The notes under the pieces: generated by a model
Seen by the model: the letters and a program-made list of their open reading frames with translations, nothing else
The model's database searches: none
Told to the model about the DNA's origin: nothing
Program-made: the position numbers and the translations under genes
Assembly: GCA_050298595.1 (NCBI GenBank)
Contig: JBNKUM010000026.1
Coordinates: forward strand, 1-58,550
Direction of reading: 5' to 3'
Length of the DNA: 58,550 nucleotides
From: Gammaproteobacteria bacterium
GTDB lineage: Bacteria > Pseudomonadota > Gammaproteobacteria > GCA-001735895
Shown: in pieces, positions 8,384-18,012 of the stretch
Layout of the letters: each line of letters opens with the position of its first letter
Numbering within the stretch: the first letter of the stretch is position 1

Positions 8384-9432
8384 GCCAGAGAAAAATTAAT
8401 TCTCTGTTGACTTGTTATATGCTGTTTGCTGTTTCGATACTACTTTGTTCCTGTGCAGGAAGCACTCAACCCAATGAAATTAACAATAAAAATGTCAGCA
8501 TAATATGGCCGCCGCCACCATCTAAACCTCGTATAGAGTATTTGGGCACGGTATCAAGCCCACAGGATCTAGAGATAAAAAGCGGATTTATGGGATTTCT
8601 AAAGGATCTGGCGTTTGGTGAGGAGGATAACGGTATGGTCCTCCCGATGGCGGCGATTTCGAATCAGTTTGGACAACTGTTTGTGGCAGATAGCGGAAAA
8701 AAAATAATACACAGGTTTGACAAGCTAAACGAAAAATATACCCCGATAAAAAGAGAGGGTGATAAGAAGTTTGCTTCACCGGTAGCTATGGCAACTGATA
8801 AAGCCGGAAATGTTTACGTAGTGGATTCTGATCTCGCAAGGGTTTTTGTGGTAGCGGTTAATGCAGACTACGCCGGTCAATTAGCGCTGGATGGCAACTT
8901 TATCAGACCCACTGGAATCGCTATAGATAAAGATAGTGGACAGATCTATGTTGTAGATACCGGAATACATGCTGTATACATCTTTAATAAGGATAATTCT
9001 TTAGTAAAAAAGTTCGGTACTCGCGGCACAGGAGATGGCGAATTTAATTTCCCTACCTATATATGGCAAAACCTTGAAGGCAGGTATCTCGTCACCGACA
9101 GTCTAAATTTTCGTATTCAAATATTTGATCGCTATGGTCGATACCTTTCGCAGTTTGGCAGTGCTGGAAATGCCACCGGTGACCTCGCCAGACCTAAAGG
9201 TGTAGCAGAAGATAGCCATGGGCATGTGTATGTCACAGATTCTCTATTCCATAATATACAGGTATTCGACGAATCTGGAGCATTCCTGTTGGATTTTGGT
9301 GTGCAAGGAACCAGTCCTGGTGAATTCTGGCTTCCTGTGGGGATTTTTATTAGTCAGGACGATAAGATATATGTCGCGGACTCTTATAATCATCGTATTC
9401 AGATGTTTCGATATATTGGTAAAGACTTATGA
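8380..9432 (+). CDS. NHL-repeat beta-propeller lipoprotein
   Basis: Lipobox LLCSC; WPPPPSKPRIEYL; GEFNFPT, DLARPKGVAEDSHGHVYVTDS and GEFWLPVGI repeats; ATGA overlaps at both ends. Confidence 0.85.
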   Translation: MSQRKINSLLTCYMLFAVSILLCSCAGSTQPNEINNKNVSIIWPPPPSKPRIEYLGTVSSPQDLEIKSGFMGFLKDLAFGEEDNGMVLPMAAISNQFGQLFVADSGKKIIHRFDKLNEKYTPIKREGDKKFASPVAMATDKAGNVYVVDSDLARVFVVAVNADYAGQLALDGNFIRPTGIAIDKDSGQIYVVDTGIHAVYIFNKDNSLVKKFGTRGTGDGEFNFPTYIWQNLEGRYLVTDSLNFRIQIFDRYGRYLSQFGSAGNATGDLARPKGVAEDSHGHVYVTDSLFHNIQVFDESGAFLLDFGVQGTSPGEFWLPVGIFISQDDKIYVADSYNHRIQMFRYIGKDL

Positions 9433-11123
9433 ATACCAGATGGCAAATATTTTATCTGATAATTGTATTTTTATTTACATTGTCTGATGCATATTCGGGT
9501 ATAGCGGCTAGCAAGCATAATTTGTCGGTCAGTGGCAGTGGCCCCATAAGAGCTTCGGGTGAGAGTGATATATGTATCTTTTGCCACTTACCGCATAATT
9601 TCAATCCAAGACAATCGATATGGAATCATGAAAAGACCGGAGGCTATTACACCCCCTATTCAAGTTCGACGGCAATATCATTTATCGGACAGCCTAATGG
9701 CACATCTGTTCTATGTCTGAGCTGTCATGATGGGACGATTGCGCTGGGCAATGTTATTAGCGAAGAAATGACGATTCCAATGCTGGGAGGCATAACTACT
9801 ATGCCTCAGGGGCCATCGGTTCTCGGTACAGATCTATCTGATGATCATCCAATTTCCTTCGCCTATACCTCAAGCATTGCAAACAGGAGGGATGATCTGG
9901 TTCATCCGTCAGAACTGACGGCTGCGGTTAAACTCGACAGGATGGGGCGTATGCAATGTACTTCCTGCCACGATCCACATAACGATAATAATGGAAAATT
10001 TCTCACGATGTCTAATCGTGCCGGATCACTTTGCCTGACTTGCCACAGAAATCTTAAAAACTGGATTCAGTCCTCGCATAGTACATCAGTTTCCAGGTGG
10101 GCAGGACAAGGAGTAAATCCATGGCCCGATAGTCAATGGACATCTGTGGCAGACAATGCCTGTGGAAATTGTCATAAAACGCATAACGCTGGCAAAGCGG
10201 AACGATTACTGAATTATTCTCAGGAAGAAGAGAACTGTCTGGTATGTCATAACGGTCAGCTTGCTAAGACCGATATATCAAATACATTAAGAAAGTTTTC
10301 TATACATCCGGTTCAGAAAACAACAGGGGTGCATGATCCTAAAGAAGGGGCCATTGTATCTTCGCGTCATGTAGAGTGCAGTGATTGCCATAATCCACAT
10401 GCTGTAAGTAACAGCAGTGGTTTACTGAGTGGTTCGCTAGTCGGTGTTCGAGGTGTTTCCATCGACGGGGTGGAGCTCTCATCGATTAATCATGAGTATG
10501 AATTATGTTTTCGCTGTCATAGTGATGGCTACAATAAGCCTCCATCCAGAACGCCAAGGCAAATTGAACAACTCAATGTGCGCGAGGAGTTTTTTTCAGG
10601 GAATCCTTCGTTCCACCCGATAGCAGCTGTGGGGAAAAATCAGAATGTACCAAGCCTGATTTCGCCGTATAACATAAACAGCATCATGGACTGTGGTGAT
10701 TGCCATGATAGTGACGATAGTGTGGCATCAGGTGGCAGCGGTGCGAATGGGCCGCATGGTTCTCGCTATGTCCCCATATTACAGAAAAGATATGAGACCC
10801 TGGACAATACTGTGGAAAGCTCAGCCACTTATGCGCTTTGTTATAAGTGTCATGAGCGGAGTAGTATTCTCAGTGATCAAAGCTTTAAGTCGCATCGGCT
10901 ACATATCGTAGATGAAAAAACCAGCTGTAACACATGTCATGATCCCCATGGCGTGAGTTATACACAGGGTAACTCGACGAATAACAGCAGTCTGATTAAT
11001 TTCGATATTACGATAGTAAAAGAGAATGCTATGAAAGATTTACGTTACGAATCGACAGGTCGATTTAGCGGTGTATGTTACTTAAGTTGCCATGGAAGTG
11101 ATCATTCTCCCAAAGCGTATTAA
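9429..11123 (+). CDS. Multiheme c-type cytochrome, 11 CxxCH + 1 CxxxCH, with an N-terminal OmcE-like module
   Basis: Manual motif count; signal peptide; SKHNLS..ICIFCHLPH..LCLSCHDG..GTDLSDDHPISF..CTSCHDPH..LCLTCH. Confidence 0.9.
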   Translation: MNTRWQIFYLIIVFLFTLSDAYSGIAASKHNLSVSGSGPIRASGESDICIFCHLPHNFNPRQSIWNHEKTGGYYTPYSSSTAISFIGQPNGTSVLCLSCHDGTIALGNVISEEMTIPMLGGITTMPQGPSVLGTDLSDDHPISFAYTSSIANRRDDLVHPSELTAAVKLDRMGRMQCTSCHDPHNDNNGKFLTMSNRAGSLCLTCHRNLKNWIQSSHSTSVSRWAGQGVNPWPDSQWTSVADNACGNCHKTHNAGKAERLLNYSQEEENCLVCHNGQLAKTDISNTLRKFSIHPVQKTTGVHDPKEGAIVSSRHVECSDCHNPHAVSNSSGLLSGSLVGVRGVSIDGVELSSINHEYELCFRCHSDGYNKPPSRTPRQIEQLNVREEFFSGNPSFHPIAAVGKNQNVPSLISPYNINSIMDCGDCHDSDDSVASGGSGANGPHGSRYVPILQKRYETLDNTVESSATYALCYKCHERSSILSDQSFKSHRLHIVDEKTSCNTCHDPHGVSYTQGNSTNNSSLINFDITIVKENAMKDLRYESTGRFSGVCYLSCHGSDHSPKAY

Positions 11124-11266
11124 TAATATATTAGGACACAATAGGTAGTATGAATATTTGCCAGCAAAGGTTGTTTGGGATGAATTATATAGTGACGATT
11201 TTATGAATTAGATTGTGGAAAATGCGAATCGAAAACTGAGTAATGTGGCTATGAAAAGGCCGATGA

Positions 11267-12331
11267 ATGCAAAACGATAATATGAACGTATGTGGATTAA
11301 ATACAAAAATAAAAAAAATATTAATATTCTTTGCATTTGGTATATCGATCACAATAAAAATACTTTGTTCATCATCGTACGCAGCAGCAACAAAAATGAG
11401 TGGAGATTTGCAGCAAGAGAAAAGCAGGGCAGAGAGTGAGTATGAGAATTTTTACTCCCTCGTAGGAGGTTTGGAAAATAGGGGTCGGGTTAATCCTCAT
11501 TGGGATAAGACTCGGTGTAATTCCTGTCATGAAAACGGAAAAACAATTCAGGATGCTGAGATGAGTATTAAGAATAAAGAGGAGTTATGTTACAGCTGTC
11601 ATGCTGAAGATGTGGTTCATAAATATATACATCCAACTGGAATATCGGTACCAGAAGAGTTCGAGAAACGTATTGAAAAAAATTGGCCTGAAAAATTGAA
11701 TCTTAGGAGAGAGGGGGAAATAACATGCTATACCTGCCATGATGTGCTGGATCAATGCCTTTCTGGTCGATCATACATGTCCAGAGCTAATCCAAAATTT
11801 CTAAAAGGTGCGCCATATGCTAAGCGTTATGATATTTGTTATAAGTGTCATGATTCATCAAAATATAGAAAGATGAATTCACATGAGCAGATAGATGAGA
11901 GCGGGAATCTGAAGCTGAATAAATGTCGTTTATGCCATATTGTTAAAGACGAAGGGTCAGTTAAAAAAGGTATCAGGCGTGATCTGAGTAAATATCCATT
12001 ACTGAAAAAACTGGAAAATGATCGCAATCTACTTTGTTTGCGTTGCCACAAAAAAATTGATCATCCAACAAGTGCGTTCAAATTCACATCAAGCAACAAG
12101 TATAGGCATTTCATAAAAATCACTGAAGAAAAAAAGGCAACACTAGAGCGGATGATTAAAAAAACAGGCATCGTTTTACCGCTGGAACCGGATACTGACA
12201 GAATTAACTGTGCTACTTGCCATCAGCCACATCAGCCGGGAGTATTTGAGCAAGGCGCACAGAGTAGGGACATACTTTCCCCAAAGAGAATGAGGGTAGC
12301 TAATATTTGTGATCAATGTCATGAAAAATAA
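11267..12331 (+). CDS. Octaheme c-type cytochrome
   Basis: Eight CxxCH (CNSCH, CYSCH, CYTCH, CYKCH, CRLCH, CLRCH, CATCH, CDQCH); N-terminal signal-like segment; start uncertain. Confidence 0.85.
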   Translation: MQNDNMNVCGLNTKIKKILIFFAFGISITIKILCSSSYAAATKMSGDLQQEKSRAESEYENFYSLVGGLENRGRVNPHWDKTRCNSCHENGKTIQDAEMSIKNKEELCYSCHAEDVVHKYIHPTGISVPEEFEKRIEKNWPEKLNLRREGEITCYTCHDVLDQCLSGRSYMSRANPKFLKGAPYAKRYDICYKCHDSSKYRKMNSHEQIDESGNLKLNKCRLCHIVKDEGSVKKGIRRDLSKYPLLKKLENDRNLLCLRCHKKIDHPTSAFKFTSSNKYRHFIKITEEKKATLERMIKKTGIVLPLEPDTDRINCATCHQPHQPGVFEQGAQSRDILSPKRMRVANICDQCHEK

Positions 12332-12360
12332 TACTGGCGTATAGGCGTGTATAGAAAGGT

Positions 12361-13503
12361 ATGAATAACTCAAAAACGACTATCACAATTAAAAAAATAA
12401 CGGGTATATCTTTGTTGCTGATTCTTTCTGTCTACTATTTAGAAGGATACACAGCAGATTTTGCGGATGATGAAGCCTGTTTGATGTGCCACAAATACAT
12501 TCGTATGGCACGCATTACGGAAGAGGGGGTTTTTCGTTCATATTATGTGCCTCCGAGCACATTTGCCAAGACGGTTCACAGAAACGTCCCATGTAGAGAT
12601 TGTCATAGCTATATTACGCAACTTCCCCATGAAAAAGTAGAGGAGGGAGTAAAGTGTGACAAGGAGTGCCACTCTAAGAATAACCCTGCAACCGGAAAAC
12701 CATTTAGTCATAAGGCTATATCCGATCTTTACTCTGAGAGTGTTCATGCAAGAGTCAAGAATGCAACCGGCCTTGATGCTGATAAGCCCTATTGTATAAC
12801 CTGTCATACAAACCCTGTCTATAACCCTTCAGAAGAGGTCCCTCCAAAGGAGATACTGGATCGCTGTGCGCTGTGTCATGAGAAGAGGGAGTTCGTTAAA
12901 CAGTGGTATTTTCACACCAGTAGAAGAGTTCTGGATGTTAAACGATCTGGTCAGGAAATTGTAGAAATTTGTACTCGCTGTCATGCAAACCAGGAATTAA
13001 TAGAGCGACACAAAAAAGCACATGATGCTGCAGGAGACCCGATGGGTGATAAGTTTCCAATAGCTGCAACGTCTTATAAGAATAGCTTTCATGGAAAGGT
13101 GACAAAGTACGGTATGGTCGGTGCAGCTACTTGCCTGGATTGTCATGCAGACAGTGATCAATATTACAAGAGTGTACATAAAATACTGCCATCAAGGAAT
13201 CCTGATTCTCCAATAAGTAAAGAAAATAGATTAAATACATGCCAGAAGTGCCATACAGGTGCCGATCAGAAATTTGATGTGGTCGATCCACATCCTTCGT
13301 TTGAAGAAGAACGTAACCCAATCTTACATGCGGGTGAAAAGATCTATAGCGTATTTGGAAATATCATAGTCTTTTGTTTGATTGGATTATCCTTGTTTGA
13401 GACTTTTGGAAGGCGTCGAGATGGAGCCGGATGGCGGCTTCGTATGGGTTCAACATGGTGGAATAAAAGTCGCAGAAAAAGGGATAGAAATATACCGAAG
13501 TAA
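12361..13503 (+). CDS. CbcA-like membrane-anchored multiheme cytochrome c (7 CxxCH + CxxxCH), copy 1
   Basis: Signal peptide, heme motifs, C-terminal TM helix VFGNIIVFCLIGLSLF and a basic tail; followed by a cytochrome b gene. Confidence 0.8.
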   Translation: MNNSKTTITIKKITGISLLLILSVYYLEGYTADFADDEACLMCHKYIRMARITEEGVFRSYYVPPSTFAKTVHRNVPCRDCHSYITQLPHEKVEEGVKCDKECHSKNNPATGKPFSHKAISDLYSESVHARVKNATGLDADKPYCITCHTNPVYNPSEEVPPKEILDRCALCHEKREFVKQWYFHTSRRVLDVKRSGQEIVEICTRCHANQELIERHKKAHDAAGDPMGDKFPIAATSYKNSFHGKVTKYGMVGAATCLDCHADSDQYYKSVHKILPSRNPDSPISKENRLNTCQKCHTGADQKFDVVDPHPSFEEERNPILHAGEKIYSVFGNIIVFCLIGLSLFETFGRRRDGAGWRLRMGSTWWNKSRRKRDRNIPK

Positions 13504-13574
13504 ATAAGAATTTAACTCAAACAACCAGGCAAAGATTTTAAATGTTGCCTGGCAATAAGAAGGTAGGAAGCTAA

Positions 13575-14528
13575 ATGAAGTTATCAGAAGAAGCAGAAAA
13601 GGTATTGCAGTTGTCCATGAGGCAACAGAACATTAAAGAGTTTGACAGGACTGAAATAGAAAGGCTAATCGGCCTTATCCCTGATGACAGGGTGTTTCTC
13701 TACAAGAATGTAATGTCCAATCCTATTGGGGATCTGCCACGGTATTCAATCCATATCAGAGTTCAACATCTACTTACATTTACTACTTTCCTGTTATTGG
13801 CTTTTACAGGTCTTCCCGTTCATTTTTTCGATGCGGTTTGGGCTAAACCATTCAGTCAATTACTTGGGGGAATAGATGTTACCCGAGTGATACACAGAAC
13901 ATTGGCTGCAATCATGATTGTAGGGATGGTTTACCATGTAATCACACTTGTTCTAGGAACGACGTTAAAACTCTTAAAGGGTACTTTCGATATCAGACGA
14001 ACAATACTTCCAAGATGGAAAGATCTTAAGGATATGCGCGAAGACATTCTGTATTTTTCTGGGAGGTCTCAAATGAGACCCGAAATGGATAAATTTATGT
14101 ATAAGCAAAAAATACACTATTTCGCTGCAGTATTTGGAAGTTGTGTGATGGTTGCGAGTGGGTCTTCCTTTCTTTATCCAGATATCTGGGCAAGCTATCT
14201 TCCTTATGGGTGGGCGCTTTATATGCAAAATATCATGCGTCTCGCACATTCGCATGAGGCCTTATTGGCACTGGTCGTCATTGCCTTCTGGCATTGGTAT
14301 AACGTTCACCTTGCACCTGGTCGTTTTCCAATGCAATGGACATTTCTATCGGGGAAAATTACACGTGAACATCAAATTGAGGAACACTTTCTTGAATATA
14401 TACGAAACCTGGTAGAGCTTCCTGAGGAAAGATCGATCCTTTTGGAACAATTAGCTGAGATGGAAAAGTATACGGATGGGGGGATGGGGCAGTATCGACA
14501 AACACCAGTTGCTTTAACGGAAGGGTAA
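13575..14528 (+). CDS. Di-heme cytochrome b membrane subunit (FdnI/HyaC/CbcB-like), copy 1
   Basis: RVQHLL..LLAFTGLP, IHRTLA, KFMYKQKIHYF and AHSHEALLALVVIAFWHWYNVH; four TM helices with His ligands. Confidence 0.85.
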   Translation: MKLSEEAEKVLQLSMRQQNIKEFDRTEIERLIGLIPDDRVFLYKNVMSNPIGDLPRYSIHIRVQHLLTFTTFLLLAFTGLPVHFFDAVWAKPFSQLLGGIDVTRVIHRTLAAIMIVGMVYHVITLVLGTTLKLLKGTFDIRRTILPRWKDLKDMREDILYFSGRSQMRPEMDKFMYKQKIHYFAAVFGSCVMVASGSSFLYPDIWASYLPYGWALYMQNIMRLAHSHEALLALVVIAFWHWYNVHLAPGRFPMQWTFLSGKITREHQIEEHFLEYIRNLVELPEERSILLEQLAEMEKYTDGGMGQYRQTPVALTEG

Positions 14529-14719
14529 ATTCCTTTGGTCAAAAAAAAATATCTTTGGCGTCAAGTTCTGTCTTATGCATCTCTACTTTTTGTGTTGAGC
14601 TGGACAATTTATTTTATCTATGTGTACGTAATGATTCTGTTTTGATGCAAGGCAATGCGAGTCTTTGTTATTACACCGAAAAGAAGTACAAATATTAAAG
14701 GGGTTGGAGTAGTTATTTT

Positions 14720-15751
14720 ATGCATGAAGTAACATCTTACGGAAATATTATTATTGCAACAGCAGTGGTGGTGATCGTTCTGTTTATGATCATGCTTGTT
14801 GTTGTAATTGATCACAAGGCGAGACTTAAAGAAAAAAAACGTGATGATATCTTTCATATATCAGGAGTAAAACGAAATCACCCTATCTGGTCGTATCTTA
14901 TTGGGTCATTTTTATTGATCGTAATATTAGGTGTGGCCATCCAGCTGATAGCTACCGTTTTGAATTATATTCCTGTGAACGAAAATAATAAACCTTCTGA
15001 GCTACTTGCTTCGCTAAAAAAGAAAAGCGTATTAGAAGATGCGAGGCATTTTCATAATCCAGCAAATACACTGGCTTTGGAAGGAAAAAAGAGTGTTTGT
15101 TATTACTGCCATGGTGACTTTCCCCACTTTCAGAAACGTATGATTCGTACCTTACTTAACATGCATACTCAATTCATTGGATGTATGACCTGTCATGCTA
15201 ATCCGGATAAGGCGGATGAAAACTTGATAACCCTAAAGTGGTTAAACTTTTCAGGGATAGAGGTTGAAGGCGGGCATTTCGGTGTTGATTATGATAAGGA
15301 TAGTGGTTACCTCGTCGATACCGATGACTTTTTCTCAAAGATAGTACCTTATCTAAACAATGATGGTAATGAACAATTGCTTGAGATTACTGAAGATGAT
15401 CCCATTGCGATAGATTTCGTCAAGGTACAGTCAACCTTACAGGGACAGAATAGAGAAGCGGTTAAAAAGAGTCTTCATCGTATGGTGCGCCCAAAAGGAC
15501 GGTTCTGTACGCGTTGTCACACCGAAAGAGCGAAAAGTTTCGTTCCATTTGAACAGCTGGGTTTCTCGGAAGAGAGAATTTACGACCTTACCAATTTGAA
15601 CATTATCGGGTTGGTAGAGAAGTATAAAGAGTTCTATATGCCGAATTTAATGAACAGGGAGATTGAGCCAATAAAAATAAATTTAAATGGTATTCCGGCT
15701 GAGAAAGAAAGGATATATCAAACTTTGCCTCAGCTTAAAAATGATGGCTAA
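14720..15751 (+). CDS. Membrane-anchored triheme cytochrome c, copy 1
   Basis: Two N-terminal TM helices; CYYCH, CMTCH, CTRCH; paralog of 18824-19735. Confidence 0.8.
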   Translation: MHEVTSYGNIIIATAVVVIVLFMIMLVVVIDHKARLKEKKRDDIFHISGVKRNHPIWSYLIGSFLLIVILGVAIQLIATVLNYIPVNENNKPSELLASLKKKSVLEDARHFHNPANTLALEGKKSVCYYCHGDFPHFQKRMIRTLLNMHTQFIGCMTCHANPDKADENLITLKWLNFSGIEVEGGHFGVDYDKDSGYLVDTDDFFSKIVPYLNNDGNEQLLEITEDDPIAIDFVKVQSTLQGQNREAVKKSLHRMVRPKGRFCTRCHTERAKSFVPFEQLGFSEERIYDLTNLNIIGLVEKYKEFYMPNLMNREIEPIKINLNGIPAEKERIYQTLPQLKNDG

Positions 15752-15906
15752 CCGCAGAGCAGAAAAACTGCTAAAGCTATAATGCTTCCTTATTCTCAGA
15801 GTTGGTTATATCAAGTCGACTAGTATAGTTAGTTTAATCAAATTATTAAGTATAGAAAGGATCTTATGGAGAGGATATATATGAAAACAAAGGAAATTAT
15901 CGTGCG

Positions 15907-16821
15907 ATGAATTTCCGTTTAGATCAGGTCGAAAATATTAATGCTACAGGCGAAAGCAGGTCAAGTGTACGCAAGACGTATTACGCGCTAATACTTTCAA
16001 TATTTCCCGGTTTGGGTCAGCACTACTCGGGTCATCTTATTCGAGGCATCTCATTATTTATCTTTCTGATAATTATTTCGTGGGTTGCGGCAATTATTTT
16101 TATGTATACGACATCTACGATCATCAGTGTGATCCTGCTGTCTATTCCTGTAGTTGTGTATGTATTAATAGGAATAGATGCTGTTTATTGTTCACTGAAC
16201 CAGAAAGAAATATACGTATTAAAGTGGTATAACAAAAATTGGATTTACATAGCAGTCATCATTGTTTTATTTTCCACAATAAATCCATTGATGGATACTC
16301 TGATAGGGAAACACATTGTTCGAGCATACCTTGTCTATACGAATAGTATGGCACCAACTGTATTAAAACATGATGTCATTGTTATAAACAAACTATCTGA
16401 ACCAGAAAGGAATGATATCGTATTAATAGAAATGAGCCAGGAGAATACAAAAGGTTCGATGTCAACAGTTATTGATAAGCAGATTTTAAGAAGAATTATT
16501 GCTATTCAAGGGGATGAACTCGAAATTCTAGGAAAGAAAATATATATCAATGGGGAAATATTCGAAAGTTCATTTGCCAGTTACGGTGAACAGCTTAGCC
16601 CCAACTATTATGTAACAAATGAATATCACTATGGCCCGATAGATGTACCCGAAAATACCTTCTTTGTATTGTCTGACGCAAGGCAATACAGTTTTGATAG
16701 TCGAGTGTTTGGGTTTGTTCCAAGAGCGCAAATCACAGGAATAGCGACAAAGATATTCTGGTCGTGGAATCGCGACGAAGGCCATTTTATATGGGGAAGA
16801 ACTGCAAAGAAAATAAATTGA
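15907..16821 (+). CDS. Signal peptidase I (S26) homologue with extra N-terminal TM helices and an atypical active site
   Basis: FPGLGQHY TM region; box B TNSMAPT; box D ILRRIIAIQGD where KR is expected; box E LSDARQYSFDSRVFG. Confidence 0.85.
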   Translation: MNFRLDQVENINATGESRSSVRKTYYALILSIFPGLGQHYSGHLIRGISLFIFLIIISWVAAIIFMYTTSTIISVILLSIPVVVYVLIGIDAVYCSLNQKEIYVLKWYNKNWIYIAVIIVLFSTINPLMDTLIGKHIVRAYLVYTNSMAPTVLKHDVIVINKLSEPERNDIVLIEMSQENTKGSMSTVIDKQILRRIIAIQGDELEILGKKIYINGEIFESSFASYGEQLSPNYYVTNEYHYGPIDVPENTFFVLSDARQYSFDSRVFGFVPRAQITGIATKIFWSWNRDEGHFIWGRTAKKIN

Positions 16822-16932
16822 TTAATTCTGTATGTATGCGGAAATGTTGATCAACTTCCAGTAGCAATGATGTGACAGAAATATTGACTATTTATACCAA
16901 TTTAAGAGATCCTGGAAAGGTAATTCATATCG

Positions 16933-17991
16933 ATGATGAATAAAATTAAAACCGTTCATGCCAGTATACTGCTGGTGCTGTTACTTATAACAACAAGTGC
17001 ATTGGCTGCTGATGAGCTTAATTGCGTCCTGTGTCACAAATTCAAAGGCTTGAGCAGAATTGATGAAGACGGAAACTTCAGGTTGTTCTATATCAATCAA
17101 AAATTGTATAAAAAGGGGCCGCATAAACGCATCCATTGCAAAGATTGTCATCAGGATATTGATAAAATTCCACACGATCCAGCCAGCAAAGTAGATTGCA
17201 CAGTTCAATGTCATCTTACTGAACCTTCTGGTAACGAGAAGTTTTCACACAAACCGGTTGCTGAAATACTCGAGAAAAGTATCCACGGAGAAAAAATTAA
17301 AGAGTCATCCAGTGTAGAACATCTAGAGGATTATCCATACTGCACAGATTGTCATGATCAACCATTGTATAGACCGTTGTCGTTTTTTAAAGGGCATGAG
17401 GCGGGTGTAACGGAGCGAGGTTTAAGTCGATGCAAGACCTGTCATAGAACCGGTGATTTCGCGGAAGATTTCTATGCTCATGTGACCTCCAGATTACAGA
17501 AGCTACGTGTAGGCAAGGAAATAGTAGGGGTGTGTGCAAAATGTCATGCAGACAAAAAATTTCAGCAAAGACATGGACTTCAAATCAATGTGGTTTCTTC
17601 ATATTGGGACACCTTCCATGGTAAAGCCACCTATTTTGGATCAGATGCCACACCTGACTGTATTGATTGCCATGTAGTGAGTGGTGAAAATGTACATTCA
17701 ATAGAAGGAAAGAAATCTGATACATCGGCTGTTAATAAAAATAATGTGGCCGCCACATGTAAAGCTTCTGAATGTCACTCAAATGCGGGTGATTATATCT
17801 CCAGTTATCAGGTTCACACGGATTATGAAGATCCAGATAAATATCCTATGCAATATTATCTATTGAAATTCTTTAAGTACCTGATGGCAGGGGTGATGTA
17901 TTTCTTTATCACAGTGATATTTCTTGAATTACTTAGACGCCTGTTCCCCAGCTATTCAATTTTTAAAAACAAGTTATCCGACTTACATTAG
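16933..17991 (+). CDS. CbcA-like membrane-anchored multiheme cytochrome c (6 CxxCH + CxxxCH + CxxxxCH), copy 2
   Basis: Signal peptide ..SALA; heme motifs; C-terminal TM helix; aligns by eye with 12361-13503. Confidence 0.8.
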   Translation: MMNKIKTVHASILLVLLLITTSALAADELNCVLCHKFKGLSRIDEDGNFRLFYINQKLYKKGPHKRIHCKDCHQDIDKIPHDPASKVDCTVQCHLTEPSGNEKFSHKPVAEILEKSIHGEKIKESSSVEHLEDYPYCTDCHDQPLYRPLSFFKGHEAGVTERGLSRCKTCHRTGDFAEDFYAHVTSRLQKLRVGKEIVGVCAKCHADKKFQQRHGLQINVVSSYWDTFHGKATYFGSDATPDCIDCHVVSGENVHSIEGKKSDTSAVNKNNVAATCKASECHSNAGDYISSYQVHTDYEDPDKYPMQYYLLKFFKYLMAGVMYFFITVIFLELLRRLFPSYSIFKNKLSDLH

Positions 17992-18012
17992 ATCCCGAGA
18001 AAGAGCTAAGGC

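Noticed and set aside
6368-12331. MtrCAB/MtoAB annotation
   Set aside because: No decaheme with MtrA spacing, and the barrel lacks features I can match to MtrB.
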